Notes: generated by a model not told the origin, from the sequence alone. A stretch of DNA of 64,000 bases from Lama guanicoe (GCA_013239625.1 MU053379.1:3826866-3890865), one strand, 5' to 3'. Shown: positions 11,345 to 24,212, counted from the stretch's first letter. A program made the numbers and translations.

Positions 11345-12467
11345 CAGCCCTCCCCCCGGGAGCGGAGCCCAGTGCAAAATGAACACGCGGGGCCTCCGGT
11401 TCAAAAAGCAGGAAGAAGGAGCTTTGAGGGCACGAGAATATGCAGCGTTTTCTTTCTTCTGTCGTCTCTCCAATTGTCATGGTGATTTTTATTTTCTGTT
11501 GAAGTAAAGAAAAATAAAAATGAAACCACTGGCACCAGTTTTACTGTATTAAGCACTTTGGTTCTACCTCATTTTGTTTTTCAGTCGCAGGGGAGTTGGT
11601 TTGCGGTGTGTCAGTCTCTGGTGCGCAGCGCGGTGATGCAGCCGCACACATGCACACATATATTCCTTCTCACACCCTTTTTCGTTATGGGCCATTACAA
11701 GACACTGACTGCAGCTCCCTGTGCTGCACAGCAGGACCTTGCTGTTTATCTCTTTTACAGACAGCAGTGCGTGTCTGCAAATCCCAACCTCCCAATTCAC
11801 CCTTCCCCACCCCCTTTCCCCTCTGGTCACCGCAAGTTTGTTTTCTATGTCTGACACGCTGCCAGTGTTAACCGCAAACTTAGGAGCATTTTACGTGGAT
11901 GGAGAATCACCAGTGCACACTCGTTGCACTCTGCAGCTCACACACACGTGTGCATTTTGTTCTTATCAAAACCAAGTCCGTTGATTTAATGGCACTTCTT
12001 CGTACGCGCACGCTCTGCTAACCCTCTGGGGGTGGCTGGTCATACAGGGAAGACGTACGAGCAGGAACACAGCAGGGTTCACGCTCACTCCAAAGCCCCT
12101 GCTGGCTCCCTGTGCAGAAGCAGCCTGTGTGCGGGGGCCTCCAGCACACCCGCATTGAGCGCTCCTTCGCCTCCAGCCCTGCTGAGCTCCTGGCCACCCC
12201 GGTCCCCTGGAGGGCCCTCGTGCCCTCACGGCGCTGAGAACGCTCCAGGCGAACTGGGTGACATTCCGCACGGAAGGAGGACGTCCACGTGACGCGCATC
12301 CCCTCTGCTCACGTGCACGCGACGTTGCCCCCACAGGCCTCACTGCGAAACACACATTCAAAGACAAGATTGTCAAGGCTTTCAAGATGGAGACAGCCGA
12401 GCGCTCAGCCGAGGGCAGGTCCTTCTGAGCACGGGGCTCAGGTCTCAAGCCCAGGAGGGCGGCCCTA
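11345..12467 (-). mobile_element. MER45(B)-like hAT-Tip100 DNA transposon, interrupted by an L1
   Basis: Left end GCCCAGTGCAAAATGAA..CGGGGCC..GTTCAAAAA and right end TTCAAGATGGAGACAGC..CCTTCTGAGCACGGGGC..GGCCCTA match the two MER45 termini in reverse. Confidence 0.7.
11572..11852 (-). mobile_element. Short L1 3'UTR fragment, GC-enriched
   Basis: CCCTGTGCTGCACAGCAGGACCTTG..TTTATC and AAGTTTGTTTTCTATGTCTG are shared with the L1 at 4168. Confidence 0.85.
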
Positions 12468-12869
12468 CCCAGGGAGCTGGAGAGCTCAGCTGGCCCCTTG
12501 GAGGGGGTGGGCTCTGAATGTCCACATCGACCCCTCATTGTGGGCCAGCCCCGGGGAGGCACAGCGTCTGACAAGGCAGCCCTGGAGCGTGGCGTGCAGC
12601 CACCGTGAGCTGTCAACCAGTCCATATTCCCAGGAGCTGGGGTGGGTATGGGGGCCTGGAGAGGGGACTGTGAACACCCCACCACACCGTCACTGCATCA
12701 AGGTCCGGGTGCAAAACAGCAGTGCCCTCCATCTTGACAAGGTCTTATAAGGGATAACCAAGACAGGGTGCTTTAGCCCCGTGATTTTAATACTTTCATT
12801 ACGGTATCTGCCAGGGTGGCCATTGTCTGAACCCAGATTCTCCATTGTTTTTGCTTTTCTCCCCTGAAG

Positions 12870-12924
12870 CATTTGATCCCAGGGGCCCAAAAGCTCCCTC
12901 AGGAGCTCCACTGGGCGCCCGCAG
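12870..12924 (+). CDS. Candidate 55-nt frame-shifting cassette exon
   Basis: Long polypyrimidine tract TTCTCCATTGTTTTTGCTTTTCTCCCCTGAAG|, donor CAG|GTGAGC; open in the frame set by the 9819 exon. Confidence 0.25.
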
Positions 12925-13169
12925 GTGAGCCTCACGCACGCAGCACACACTTGTGCACGGCTGCCTCCCAGACCTGGACTCCTCCTCATCCGCACTCTAA
13001 CAGGCCCGAACTTGCTTCTGTGTCTTTGAAATTCTTGTGTAGGAGCTGGTGGCTCAGTCTCTTGTTGAGCTAAGTCTTAAAGGTGATAAAGAAGATCTCT
13101 GGAATTTTCTGGATGTGATGAAGCACTTCAGGTGTGGGAAAAGGTCTAACTTTCTTCTGGGGGTGAAAT

Positions 13170-13345
13170 TTACTCACTCGTTAATTGAGCAAATATCTAT
13201 TGAGCTAGTGTTTACCAGACAGTGTAGACCACGGAAAGGGTCTCTGCTTCACAGCGTTTCTGGTCCAGGGAGGGAAATGGATGATCCGTAACTAAGTAAG
13301 TCACTCAAATATTAACCTGTAATTACAGCGGCAAAGCGCTAGGAA
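13170..13345 (-). mobile_element. L2 3' end fragment
   Basis: TCACTCGTTAATTGAGCAAATATCTATTGAGC is the reverse complement of an L2 tail. Confidence 0.55.
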
Positions 13346-16300
13346 GACGGGGACCGTGACAGGCAGTGACTGGGGTGGGGCTACTTTAATAGCTCCCACC
13401 TCTTGCATCACTGCATTACGGAGCGATCGCCCTCTTGGAGATAGGGAGAAAAGACTGGGCAAGCTTTTTGTACTTTTAAATTTGCACCTACCAAATCTGA
13501 TTTACCGTCGGTTGAGGGCTGCTCCCACGGGGAACTCCCTGCCCATCCAAACTGCCCAGGGAGGGGCTGGGCATGTCCTGAAGCCAGAGGAGGCCCTCAG
13601 AGGAGGATGTGGGTGCTGTCAGTGGGGTGGTCGGCACTCCTGGGACCCCAGGGCCACGGGACCGTGGCTGCAGCACTGAAGGCCAGCCAACGCACATAGC
13701 ATGGAGCCTGCCCTCTGAGACACACTCGATCGTGACCTTGCAGTTGGTACTTGCCAATCATGTTTCTACACACACACACCTTACTTCACAACCTATATTT
13801 AAACTGCTTTCTAGTACTTGTTGAAAATATTCTTTTCAATCCCCTGAACTGGTCCTTTCCACAATAGGTGCTCACTGGAGTGACCAAATCACATTTTTAA
13901 AGTCAATTTCATTGAAACATTTCCCCCATTTTTCGTACTTGACCATCACCCAGTACCTTGACCGTACTGTTTAGAAAAGATAACTGGGAAGAAAGAAGCC
14001 TAAAAAAAATGTGACATCAGCTGCTCATTTCAGGGAGCAGGACGAGGCAGAGCAAGGACAAGGCTGTCTTAACGTTTGCCGCCAAGCTTTGGTGTTAATG
14101 CTGCTTTTTAAAGGGACGTTTTCATAGGATTTAAAAAAATCTCCAAAGTAGAGACAAGGCGTGCCCATCACATGTGGGGTCCTCTTTAGAGCGATGGTCT
14201 AGAAGTAGCTGAGCGGGGCATCCCCGTCCCAAACCGTCTGGAACGTTCGTCTCACTGCGCCTTGAGCGTCCTCTTTAAGAGCGGACAGGCGAGCGTAAGT
14301 GCCTTCAGAAATTTCAGAGTTTTGGCTGCATTTATTTTTTTTTAAATTCTTTTTACATAAAATCAGGATGGCTGATTCTACTTTTAGGCCTTGGTTGGCT
14401 GCCCAAATACATCCTTCAAAATTAGACCCATTTCTTGAATATGTCTGGAGCAGCGTCAAAAAGGCATCTGAAGCCAAGGCTGGTGTGTTTTTGAAGCTTT
14501 ACACAGAAGAGATCTCTAAGGGGTTCTGCTATGTGGAGGCAATATTTCTGCGGAGGAAACTTGTATCCAGGCTGCCATTTTCCATCCTGGGTTTTCTACC
14601 TGCTGTGATGTGGGACGGCCGCGATATGAAACCCTGCACGTCAGGGTTATAACACAGCTTTACTGGCCTCTGAGGGCTGGTTCTGCACAGCCATTGTTCA
14701 CGGGGGCCAGATGATCTAAAGAGATCGTGGAAACCTGGCACCTCACTGCTTTTCTGGCTGACACCACCAAAGAAAATTAATTGTTATTGTTTTTGGAAAC
14801 TCTCACCCAGCACGCAAAATAGTAATATCAGCAATCATTATTATTATTATTTTTTTGGCAGCGGCTGGGGAAGAGGGGGGTGAGGAACACTGTGGTTTTA
14901 CTGTAGCTGCCCCAAATGGCCAGATTCGGGGCAACCAAAGGGTGTTACATTCCTCTGGCTGAGAATCTTATAAATGTGTAAAGCAAGAGGGCTGCAGTAA
15001 TTTGCCTGAGGTGATGAGATGCAATGATCTAGAGCCTCCTGTCCGATTCTGCGGGGCTTGAGTTTCTGGTAACTCCTTGTCCCACGGTTGGCTTTCCTAT
15101 TGGCCTGTGAGAGCACGGTGTTGGGTCAACCCAAATCCTAGCGTCCACCACGCTGCGATTCCTGCAGTGTGACGCACCCCAGTCTCACACGCCTGCGGCT
15201 GACTGCCCCGTCATGGGGCTCTGCCTTCACGTGGCCAGCCATGGAATTGGGTCTCTTTTTTGCCTCAAATTTGTAGCGGTAATTCCACATCCTCCAAGAA
15301 GTCCCTTAGGGTGGCCCCTCCGTTCTTCACAGCAGCCCGGCCCCTGCCCTAGGCTTGCCTTTCAATGCTCTCTGACTTGTTTCTCTGTGTGTTTTGTCTG
15401 CTTGCTTCTTCCGTTCACTGCGTGGGCACAGCCCCAGGCCTAGTCTTCCAGCAGCGCATGTGAGGGGCTGGTGCAGGGCTTGCGGCCCAGTGGACACAAA
15501 AGAAGTTCCTGCGGACAGTGTTAGCCAGGGAGAGCGGGGCCTCTTGTCTCCCGACTCCACCCACTGGAGGCTGATGCTTCCAGAGTGGGGTTAACTCTCG
15601 TCATGACGTAAACACCAGGCCCCTGGGAGCCGAGTCTGGGTGGATGTGTGTCATCTTCGGTTGTGATGGCCCCCGTGTTTCTGCTTCCTAACAGTGCTCT
15701 GGGTTAGTTCCTTCTGGAGAATTGTCTTCTTCCGCGGTGGGGCGTCTCGGAGCGGAGGAGAACGCAGGCCACCTCCTCCCACCCTGTGGAAGCCCATGGG
15801 CCCCTGAAGCCCCTTCTGCATTCTTTTCTTCCCACTGCCTGAGAACAAAGCAAGAAGCCGGCCGAGAACCTGCCTGGAGCCGAACTCCCGCTTCCGGCAT
15901 GCCGCCCCGAGGGAGGCACGGGGAACCGTGCTGGGGCTTGCTCATCGAACAATCACGGAGACGAGGGGGACCTGCTGCCCCCGCTGCCTCCGTGCCAGAG
16001 TGTCCCGGGGGCCTGTCCGGGGCTTTGTTTTGTTTCTGTTCAATTCTCTAGTCTTCCGTCCAGGCTGCGAGCTACATGGTGTCCCTCCACCAAATTTGGG
16101 CTCTTCTCGTGGACTGAAATTAGACGTGACAGCCTTTTGTTATTTGCAACCAAAGATCCCCAGCGTACACTTTCCTCTATCACTGATTTGCTAAGTAACA
16201 GACAGGAGTCTCAAAACTGGCCAAGGTCCGAGGTTTCCCTTGAGAGGAGTTCACTCGGCAGAGATACCGCAGCAGCAGAGCAAGTGCGTCAGCCCCGGGC

Positions 16301-17459
16301 TGCCTCTGTCTGAGCCCATCCGAAGCGTCTCCACTGCATTTGAGGATCCGATCCCTTTGGGGAAAAGCATTCAGTTTTTAAAAGTCAGATTCAACAATGA
16401 GTTTTTGGTCTGCCTTCCTCTTGGAGTGCAGGTCTAGACCCGAGGAAGCGTCCGATCATCAGTTGCACAGATGTGAGGAGAGAGGAGTGACAGGCTTAAA
16501 CAGAAAGAGTCCAGATGCGATTGGAGCCGCCGTCTCAGGGAGAGGGGCCGCAGCGGGGCCACGAGGACTCGTGGGAGAGACCATGAAGGACTGGGAGACG
16601 TTTGGACCTGCCTCTCCTCACACAACGGGCAGACTGAAGGGATCCTCCAAGAAGCCGGAGCCCTTCCTTTCCAGGCGGGAGCCCGCGGTGGGTCTAGTCT
16701 ACGGCCTTCAGAATCGCACCACGTGTCTTCGTGATCAGCCAGGGCAGAGGCCCTGCTTCCCCTCTGGTCCTCTTGGCGGAGGGCACACAAACACACTGAG
16801 GAAACCACAAAGCTGCATAGCCTTTGTGACCGGAAAGGTATCTGCTCACGTAGTTTCTGAAAGTCCCCTGAGTGAGAACCAGGGCTGAGGCGTCCGAGGA
16901 GACATGGCCGGGAAAGCATGGCAGCGCCTGAGGCCAGCAGGCCGGACGGGTCCCCTGGGGGACGTCAGGGGCAGTCAGCACGTGGCCGTGGACAGACCAG
17001 CCGATGCTGGGACAGATGGCAAAGCTGCGTCACCACATCATCTCCACAGACCAGCTGGCAAAGCGCCACCCTCCTCCGACTAAGTTTGTAACTTCCCGGG
17101 GAGCTAGAGGAAGGAGGAAGCTGCACCCGAAGGCCTGGCTAGTTCAGTTCAAGGACCGAAATGTTTGGGTGAAAGTAAAACCGCCGCAGCGAAATCTGAC
17201 ACCGGGAGATCCCCTTCCCCGAGACGCACTTGTACTGCTGTCTCTCACCCGAAAACTGGGGACAGTTCTCAATTGATGAGTTGGCTGGGTTCCTGTTCAG
17301 ATCTGGGTTTTAAAACTTCCCTCAGCAGCTCTTTTGAACAGGGGGGTGGGGGGGATCACGTTTTGAACTGTGCAAATAATTGACCTAAACTGAAGATAAA
17401 CCGAAGACAGATCGTAGACAAATGGGGACAACGAACGTGTTGGTAAGAGTTTGAGTTGA

Positions 17460-18400
17460 TGCTCTAGGAGCCCGAGCCGCGACGGCACCCCACCGCGCAC
17501 GGTAGCCGATGGCCCCCAAAGCGCGCCTTTGTCAGCACCCAGCAGCTGCTCCTGGCACTCGCGCGTCAGGGGCCGGGGGTGGAGACGGGGGGCTCGGGCG
17601 CGGTGGGTCTGAGTAACTCGCCCCTTGATAGGAGACAGCAGCGCTCTTCGGGCTCTTTGGCAGGCTCCTTGGACACAGGGGTCCCGGTTCAGAGACGGAA
17701 ACTCAAGAAGCAGCATGACCGAGGAGCTGTCTGACGCAAGGAAGCAGGTCGCCTGCTGGTGTCCTGTCGGCCTCCTCGCCTCCCGCCCCGGGTGCGGGGC
17801 TGGATGCCGGCCCGGCTCGCAGGGCTGCTCAGGGGCTTGTTTCGAGCACGTCCCCCGAGCCTGTGTCCAGAGGTCTCTTCCTTCCACCGCGGAGCGCACA
17901 CGCCTTCCCTTCGCTCTTTTCCCGACCCCCGTTTCCTTCCCAGGCTTCCTCGCTCTGCTCGGGGGGGTGGTCCCTGCCGGGGGTGGACTGTCGCTTTTGC
18001 AGATGCAGGGGGAGGCCCCACCCGGCTGGATCTGAACAGTCACCGTGGAAACAGCACCTCCAGCCTAGGCGCTGGGCGGCTGCCGGGCGGAGACCTGGCA
18101 CGAGGAGGGTGTCGCCGGATGAGGGAGGCGGTGGCGGAGGTTCAGGGCGGGGTCGGGACCCACGGAGCGCGGGCAGCCTGCCTCTCAGAAACCCCACTGC
18201 GGCGGCGATGCGACAGCACCTGCAGGTCCCCGCTGTAAACACTCTGACGGCGGCACCGGGGCCCCTTTCGCGCTGCCGGCATTTAGCACCAGCTCAGGAA
18301 GTTCCTGACTGCTTAGCCACTGGCCCTCCCGAGCTCGCAGGAACCAGCTCCGCTGAGTCCACACCCAGGTGCTCGGGGACCCAACTTTGCTCAAAGCGCA
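17460..18400. promoter_or_regulatory. CpG island (orphan or intronic)
   Basis: About 900 bp of CpG-rich sequence with GC boxes (GGGCGG near 18074 and 18145). Confidence 0.55.
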
Positions 18401-20131
18401 GCACCAAGACTCTGGGGACAGTAAGGGCGCCAGATCTAAGATGAATGAAACGTGAAAAACGAAATTCAAACTCCTACCTGCCATGGAAACGAGAGGACCG
18501 TGCCGCTTTCCGGGGTGATGGGAGAAGTCTGTGAAGCAGGGACAGATTAGGGCTAGACAGACGGGCCCAATGTCCAGGGGAGGACCGGACGGCGAAGGCT
18601 GGGTCACCGACTGTGCGCCCTGCACAGCCCTGAGCCCAGCACTTGTACTGATTGATCTGATCCCCAACCACTGACGCTGTCACCGTCACCCCCATTTTAG
18701 GAGGGAAGGGTCTGTGCTGCGGGGTGGGGGGTGACTTGGGAGCCTGGAAGTTACACCCCTCTGCCCTGCACCCCCTTCTTTGGGCTGGAGATGGCCCACC
18801 CAAGTTTCAGAAGCCAGCACTGGTCCCCCTCCAGAAGTGCCCGCTGACTGCCTCAGACGGGGGTGTGTACCCTCCACGTAGTCCCTGCTGCGTGAAGGGG
18901 CCTCGTGAAGGAAAGGGTGCGGGCCAGAGAAATAGCCCGGATGGGATCTGGCCTCTGGCTCCCTACGCTGTTCTGTGGGGAGAAACCCCAGGGCTTCGTG
19001 CCGCTCTCATTCCTTTGCCTCCGTTCGGGGACATCTCAGTGTGAGTCTCCGACTAAGCACACGGGGTGAGTGGTGGGTTCGAAGCCCAGGGGAGCCGTGC
19101 CTGGCCCCCAGTTTTGCAAGTGAGTTCTCAGCAAGGCAATGCCTTTGGAGCAGCTCAGAAAACAACAGTCTGGAGGAAAGTAGATGTAGGGATGGAGCCT
19201 CGCAGAAACCAAAACCAAATGGTCAGCAATTTGAAAACAAAAACAAAACTCTAAACCCCCAACTCGAACAACAACCCCCAGCACCATGATGTAAAATAAA
19301 ATTTAAGAGCTGATCTGTTTATCGGCATGCAGATGCAATGTTTGCACCCGGCACGTCCTTCCCCTGCGGATTTCCAGTCACACACATCTGAGGAGCGCTT
19401 TGGAGAGAGAAGGTACTGCGGGTGAGCAGGCTAGTGGGATGGGCCTTTGAGGTGCACGTAAGCGGGGTGGGGACAGGGGGACAGGGTCCGCCAGGAGGAG
19501 AGGGTGTTCGGGGCGGGGAGGGAAACCCCCATGCACTTTCTCACAGGTGATCGAGTGTTCACTGGAGACACAGACTCCTATGCGCCGAGAGGCAGAAAGA
19601 TGGAGCTGCTGTTCTCTGTTAATATCTGTGCAAAATGTGTGCATTGCTGAACAAACGTGGACGATCAATTTCCCAAAAAGAGCACAGAGCTGGGAGGGGA
19701 GGCTGCGGGTGTGTCTGGGGATAGATAATGGCTTGTTAACACTTTTCCTGCTATTGTCTATGTTTAACCGTCACTTTTCTGTTTTCATTGTCTCTCAGTT
19801 AGTTTTCACTCTTCAACCTATAGAACGCAACTTAAAAAAAAGCTCACCTAATGTTAATATTCAGACCAATGAAAATGAGCTTAAAAAATGATGTGGCAGA
19901 ATGCAGAGGACAGGTCACTGGTTCCTAACCCTGAATTTAAACTCACCTGCTTTAAAGTGTCTTTGGCTTGGCCACTTTCAAATGACTTTCTCCGCCTGCT
20001 TTGGCCTCTCTATCGTTTCCAAAATAGCATAAAAAAGTTTTCTCATTGTATTTCAAAACGAAAAATGTTCCGTCTACATCTGGAAATACTAAAAAATGTG
20101 CTTTCTTACAGTATTTTTTTTTTTTTACTAG

Positions 20132-20185
20132 GTATGGACAAGGTTCTGACCCCTATTATTGGAACTCAAATCCAGATGGAGCTTG
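20132..20185 (+). CDS. Candidate 54-nt internal exon
   Basis: Acceptor T-run then ACTAG|, donor TTG|GTAAGG; length divisible by 3; open in two frames (MDKVLTPIIGTQIQMEL and YGQGSDPYYWNSNPDGA). Confidence 0.4.
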
Positions 20186-20520
20186 GTAAGGTTCTAATCA
20201 TACGAGGGGTATTCTTTTTTGAAGATTTGTACATCTTTAGGGGAATTTCTACTTTAAAGAAGTTATCATTTGTGGGAGGTCCGCTATGAAGATTTTAAAT
20301 AGTTGGGGTGAATTTCTCTTTCTTTGAAGATGTCTGTAATTCAGTGAAAACATTTGCCAACTGAGATGGTCACATTTCCTTACTGCAAAAATCTCTCCTT
20401 CGAAAACGGACCAGATCCCTGTTTTAGTGTGTTGGCTGTAAGCAGGCTTACAGGGTTTTTTCTTTGTTTCTTTTCTTCCCTAATGTTGGAAACACTGAAA
20501 AGAACATTCTTGTGTTTCAG

Positions 20521-20578
20521 TGAAAGTAAGATTCAGCGAGGTACAGGGGAACAACCAAGACAGCCGAGTAATAAGCAT
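20521..20578 (+). CDS. Candidate 58-nt internal exon
   Basis: Acceptor TTCTTGTGTTTCAG|, donor CAT|GTAAGC; open in the same two frames (KVRFSEVQGNNQDSRVIS and ESKIQRGTGEQPRQPSNKH). Confidence 0.35.
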
Positions 20579-21067
20579 GTAAGCTAATATCGTCGAGTCC
20601 AAGACTGAACAGCGATGGTCAAAGACAAGTCTGTTTCTACGTGCGGCATTTCTTTCTTGCAACTTCTTGTGTCTTCACGGAAGGCTTACTGTCTGGAGAA
20701 ACGCTTCGCTAACGGCTCAAGTCAGTACAGTTTAGGAGGTGACTGACCTGTAGGGGAGCTAATGACTGCCAACAGCATCGTTTCTTCCCAGGCCGTAGCT
20801 GACAGTCCCCCTCCTTCCTGCCCCCAACAAGCGTGAAACCTGCACAAGCCCCACAGCCTGGATGGAGGCGAGGATGAGAGCAAGCTCAGCTCCAGGGATT
20901 CTCAGTCCCAAGCCACTGGCTCGCTGGTAATCGGGCCCCTCCAGGCTCTGCATTTACACCACTCCAAGGTGCCTGACCTGGTGACCTAGAACCTTGGCTC
21001 CTCTTTGATATTTTGCTACAAATGTTGGTGCTGTAACTACACGTGTTACAAGAGTCCTGGAGTCTGT

Positions 21068-21190
21068 TACTCATTCAAAAATGTTCATTAAGCAGCTGCA
21101 ATGTGCTAGACACAGTTCTAGGTGCTTGGACTCCACCCCAGAGAAGACAAAGCGTCTGCCCTGGGCAACCTGACTGTCAAGTGGGAACTG
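21068..21190 (-). mobile_element. L2 3' end fragment
   Basis: ACTCATTCAAAAATGTTCATTAAGCAGCTGCAATGTGCTAGACACAGTTCTAGGTGCT follows the reversed L2 tail pattern. Confidence 0.65.
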
Positions 21191-22339
21191 AGCCCGCAGC
21201 AGGTTGGCAAACGCCCTGGGTCCCCCCCTCCTTTGCGCTTCTTCCCCTTGGCCACCCTCGACTGCAGCTGTCGCTGGGCAGACAGTCCAGGCGCGCACGC
21301 CTCCTCCACCAGGACGCACGCCCGGGAGCACTTGCAGACGTTCCGCTCTTCCCAGAGGAGGCTGCTCTCTCCGGGACAGGCCAAGGTGCCTGGCGGAGGC
21401 TGAGTTTTAGTCTTTGTTTTCTTGATAAGTGGTTATTTCCAAGCCCCTGGTGTTGGTATCTAAGGAAAGTCACCAGATGAAAGTATTCGATTCCTTTTGT
21501 TCCTGAAAGCGGTTGATTTCCAAGCTGCAAACAAACATTTTGGAGCCGGATGCTCCGTTAGTGGAGAGCTGGAGTAGCCCCAGACGGAAGGAGATGACAA
21601 CATTCACACACAGTTCATTTGTTTAATCTATTTATTTTTAGTGGCGTACAGTCGATATGTTCTAGCTTCTGATGTGTGAAAGACACCACTTACAGGTGGA
21701 ATCTAAAAATAAAGCACATGTTCTTTTGAAGGTTAGCTTCCTCTGTGCTGCTCTGCTGTCTGGTGAGACCCTGGAGCCCGGGGCAGTGACAGCGTTTTCT
21801 CTTTTGCGTATTTTGATGGTTCTGACTTAAACCGTGAACTTTAGCTTACGGATCCGTGTTGATGCGAGACCGGTTTGTTGCCTGATGGGCTGTGGCTTCA
21901 ACGTTTGTTCTTTTCTGATGAAGTACTTTTCCCAGATTCAAAATATGCCGTTTCACTTTCGTGTTAACCGTCCTTTGAGAGGCTGCGCGCCTCCTCCCCC
22001 GCCCTCCCCCACGCCGATCTGTCAGCGCGCGGCTGTCAGTCTGCGCGGCTCGCCCGGAAGCGCGGCCGAGGCAAGCCCTGCGGCGCCAGCTCCGCCTGGG
22101 CTTTCGAGCCACTGCCTCGCTTTCGTTAAGAGATTGAGTTATGATAGAAAAATGCACGTAACTGTGTGTGTGTTTCGACACAATTTCAGGTGGCGGTGTG
22201 ACGATCCGGAAACTATGCGTTTAAATGTACGTGTTTATGTAATTACAGCAAATCCTAATTTCCATTTTTCTGGATAAATAATTGATTCATAAAACAAAAT
22301 TTCACACCAGATGAAGTGAATACCTGAATATTTTCACAA

Positions 22340-24070
22340 AAAAAAGAATCACATGACACTTGTCCTTTTGTATCTGTATTATTTCACTTCATACGTCTCT
22401 TGAATGTTAACCCATGTTGCGCGTGTATCAGAATCTGTTTCCTTCTTAAAGCTGACTGATCCTTCGTTGTATGCACACGCCATATTTCATTTATCCATTT
22501 ATCTGCTGATGGACGTTTGGGTTGTTTCCACCTTCTGGCTATTGTGAATTACGGTGCCATGAACACCGTTGTGCAAGCGTCTGTCTGAATTCCTGCTTTG
22601 GATCCTTTTGGGTGCACAGCTGGGAGCAGAGCTCTGGGATCGTGTTGACGCTGTGTGTAAGGTTTGAGGAAACACCGACTGAGGTCCACCGTTTGTGTCC
22701 CCATTAACCCCAGCGAGGCACAAGGATTTCTGTTTCTCCACATCTTTGCCAGCTATTTTCTTGCTATTTTCTGTCTTTTTTTTTCTTTTAATAAAAGCCA
22801 CTGTAAAGGGCATGAAATTGTGTCTCACTGTGGTCTTGGTCTGCATTTCCCTAGCAGCTAGTGACGCCGATTATCAACTTGTGTGCTTATTGGCCACTTT
22901 GTGTCTTCTTTGGTGACATAGCTGCTCACGTCATTTGCCCATTTTGTTGTCCTTTTTGTTGCCTTGTATAGTTCTTTCTGTGGTCTCCCATTGTAAACCT
23001 CTGATCAGGTGCATACTTTGCACATATTTCCTCCTGTTCTGTGGTGTTTCTCTTTCACTCTCTTGACAGTGTCTTTTGATGCGTGAAACTTTCCGATTTT
23101 GACGTAGTCCAGTTTGTCTACCTTTTCTTTTGTTGCCTGTGCTTTTTGTTTCACATCCAAGAAATCACTGCCAAGTCCAACGTCATGAGGCTCTTCTGTT
23201 TTTTTCTGAGTTTCATTGTGTTCCTTCTCGGTGTGAGGTCTCTGACCCATTTTCAGTTCATCTCTGTGTGTGGTGTCAGCTCCGGGTTCACCTTCACACT
23301 TCTGCGTGTAGACACATGTTCCATTTTCCCAGCACTGCTTTTATTTCTGATTTTCGTAATCTGAGTCTTGCCCCCTTTTTCTTTGGTCAGTCTAGATACA
23401 AGTTTGAGCATTTTGTTGATCTTTTTTGGAGACCCAACATTTGGCGCCTTGATTTTTGCTGCTGTCCCGTTTTCTGTTCTGCTCTCCTGCTCTCCGGTTT
23501 TTATTATTTTCTTCCTTCTGTTACTTTTCTGTTTAGTTTACTCTTCTTTTTCTAGTTTCTTAAGGTGTAAAGTGAGATTTTGACCTGAGGTCTTTTTGTT
23601 TAATGCATATGTTTGTAGCTAAAAACATCCCTGTTACCGTTGCTCTGCCGCGGCCCGGAGCCATGGGGCTGCTGTGTTTTCATTTTCATCTATCTTGAGG
23701 TATTTCCTAATGTCCACTGTGATTTCTTCTTTCCCTCGTTGGTTATTTAAAAGTATATTTTTCACTTACTTGTGAAGATTCCAGCTTTCTCTCTGTCACT
23801 AATATCCAGCTTTCTAGTTTCATTTCATTGTGATCAGACAAGCTACTAGGTATAATAATTTCAATCCTTTAAAATTAATTAAGACTTACTTTCGTAGCCT
23901 AATGTGGGATCTGTTCTGGAGAACGTTTCATATGCATTTGAGAAAAATGCGTCTCTTGCTGGTTTGGTGTTAAATGCTCTCCATGTATCTGCTGGGTCTG
24001 TTTGACTCATAGTGCTGTTCGAGCCCTTTGCTCTGTTGATCTTTTGTGCGTTCTATCCAATATTGGATGT
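22340..24070 (-). mobile_element. Old L1 (L1M-type) ORF2 fragments, internally deleted
   Basis: Degenerate ORF2 translations (MQTKTTVRH; KAQATKEKVDKLDYVKI) and typical antisense L1 motifs; apparent junction near 23335. Confidence 0.85.
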
Positions 24071-24212
24071 AGAGTCTGTGGGCTTTTGAAATATTTTAAC
24101 AATTGTGGTTTTTTTTTATTTCCAAAATCTTTAATTAATACATTTCTCATAACATCCTGGCCTTGTTTCATGGTTATAGTATCCTGTGTTAGAATTCTGA
24201 GACTATTTTAAA

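Noticed and set aside
17297..18444. Long overlapping ORFs (up to 248 aa), and similar ones at 8068, 11966 and 47204
   Set aside because: Pro/Arg/Gly/Ala-rich ORFs open in many frames on both strands are expected from stop-codon scarcity in GC-rich DNA; no recognisable domain.
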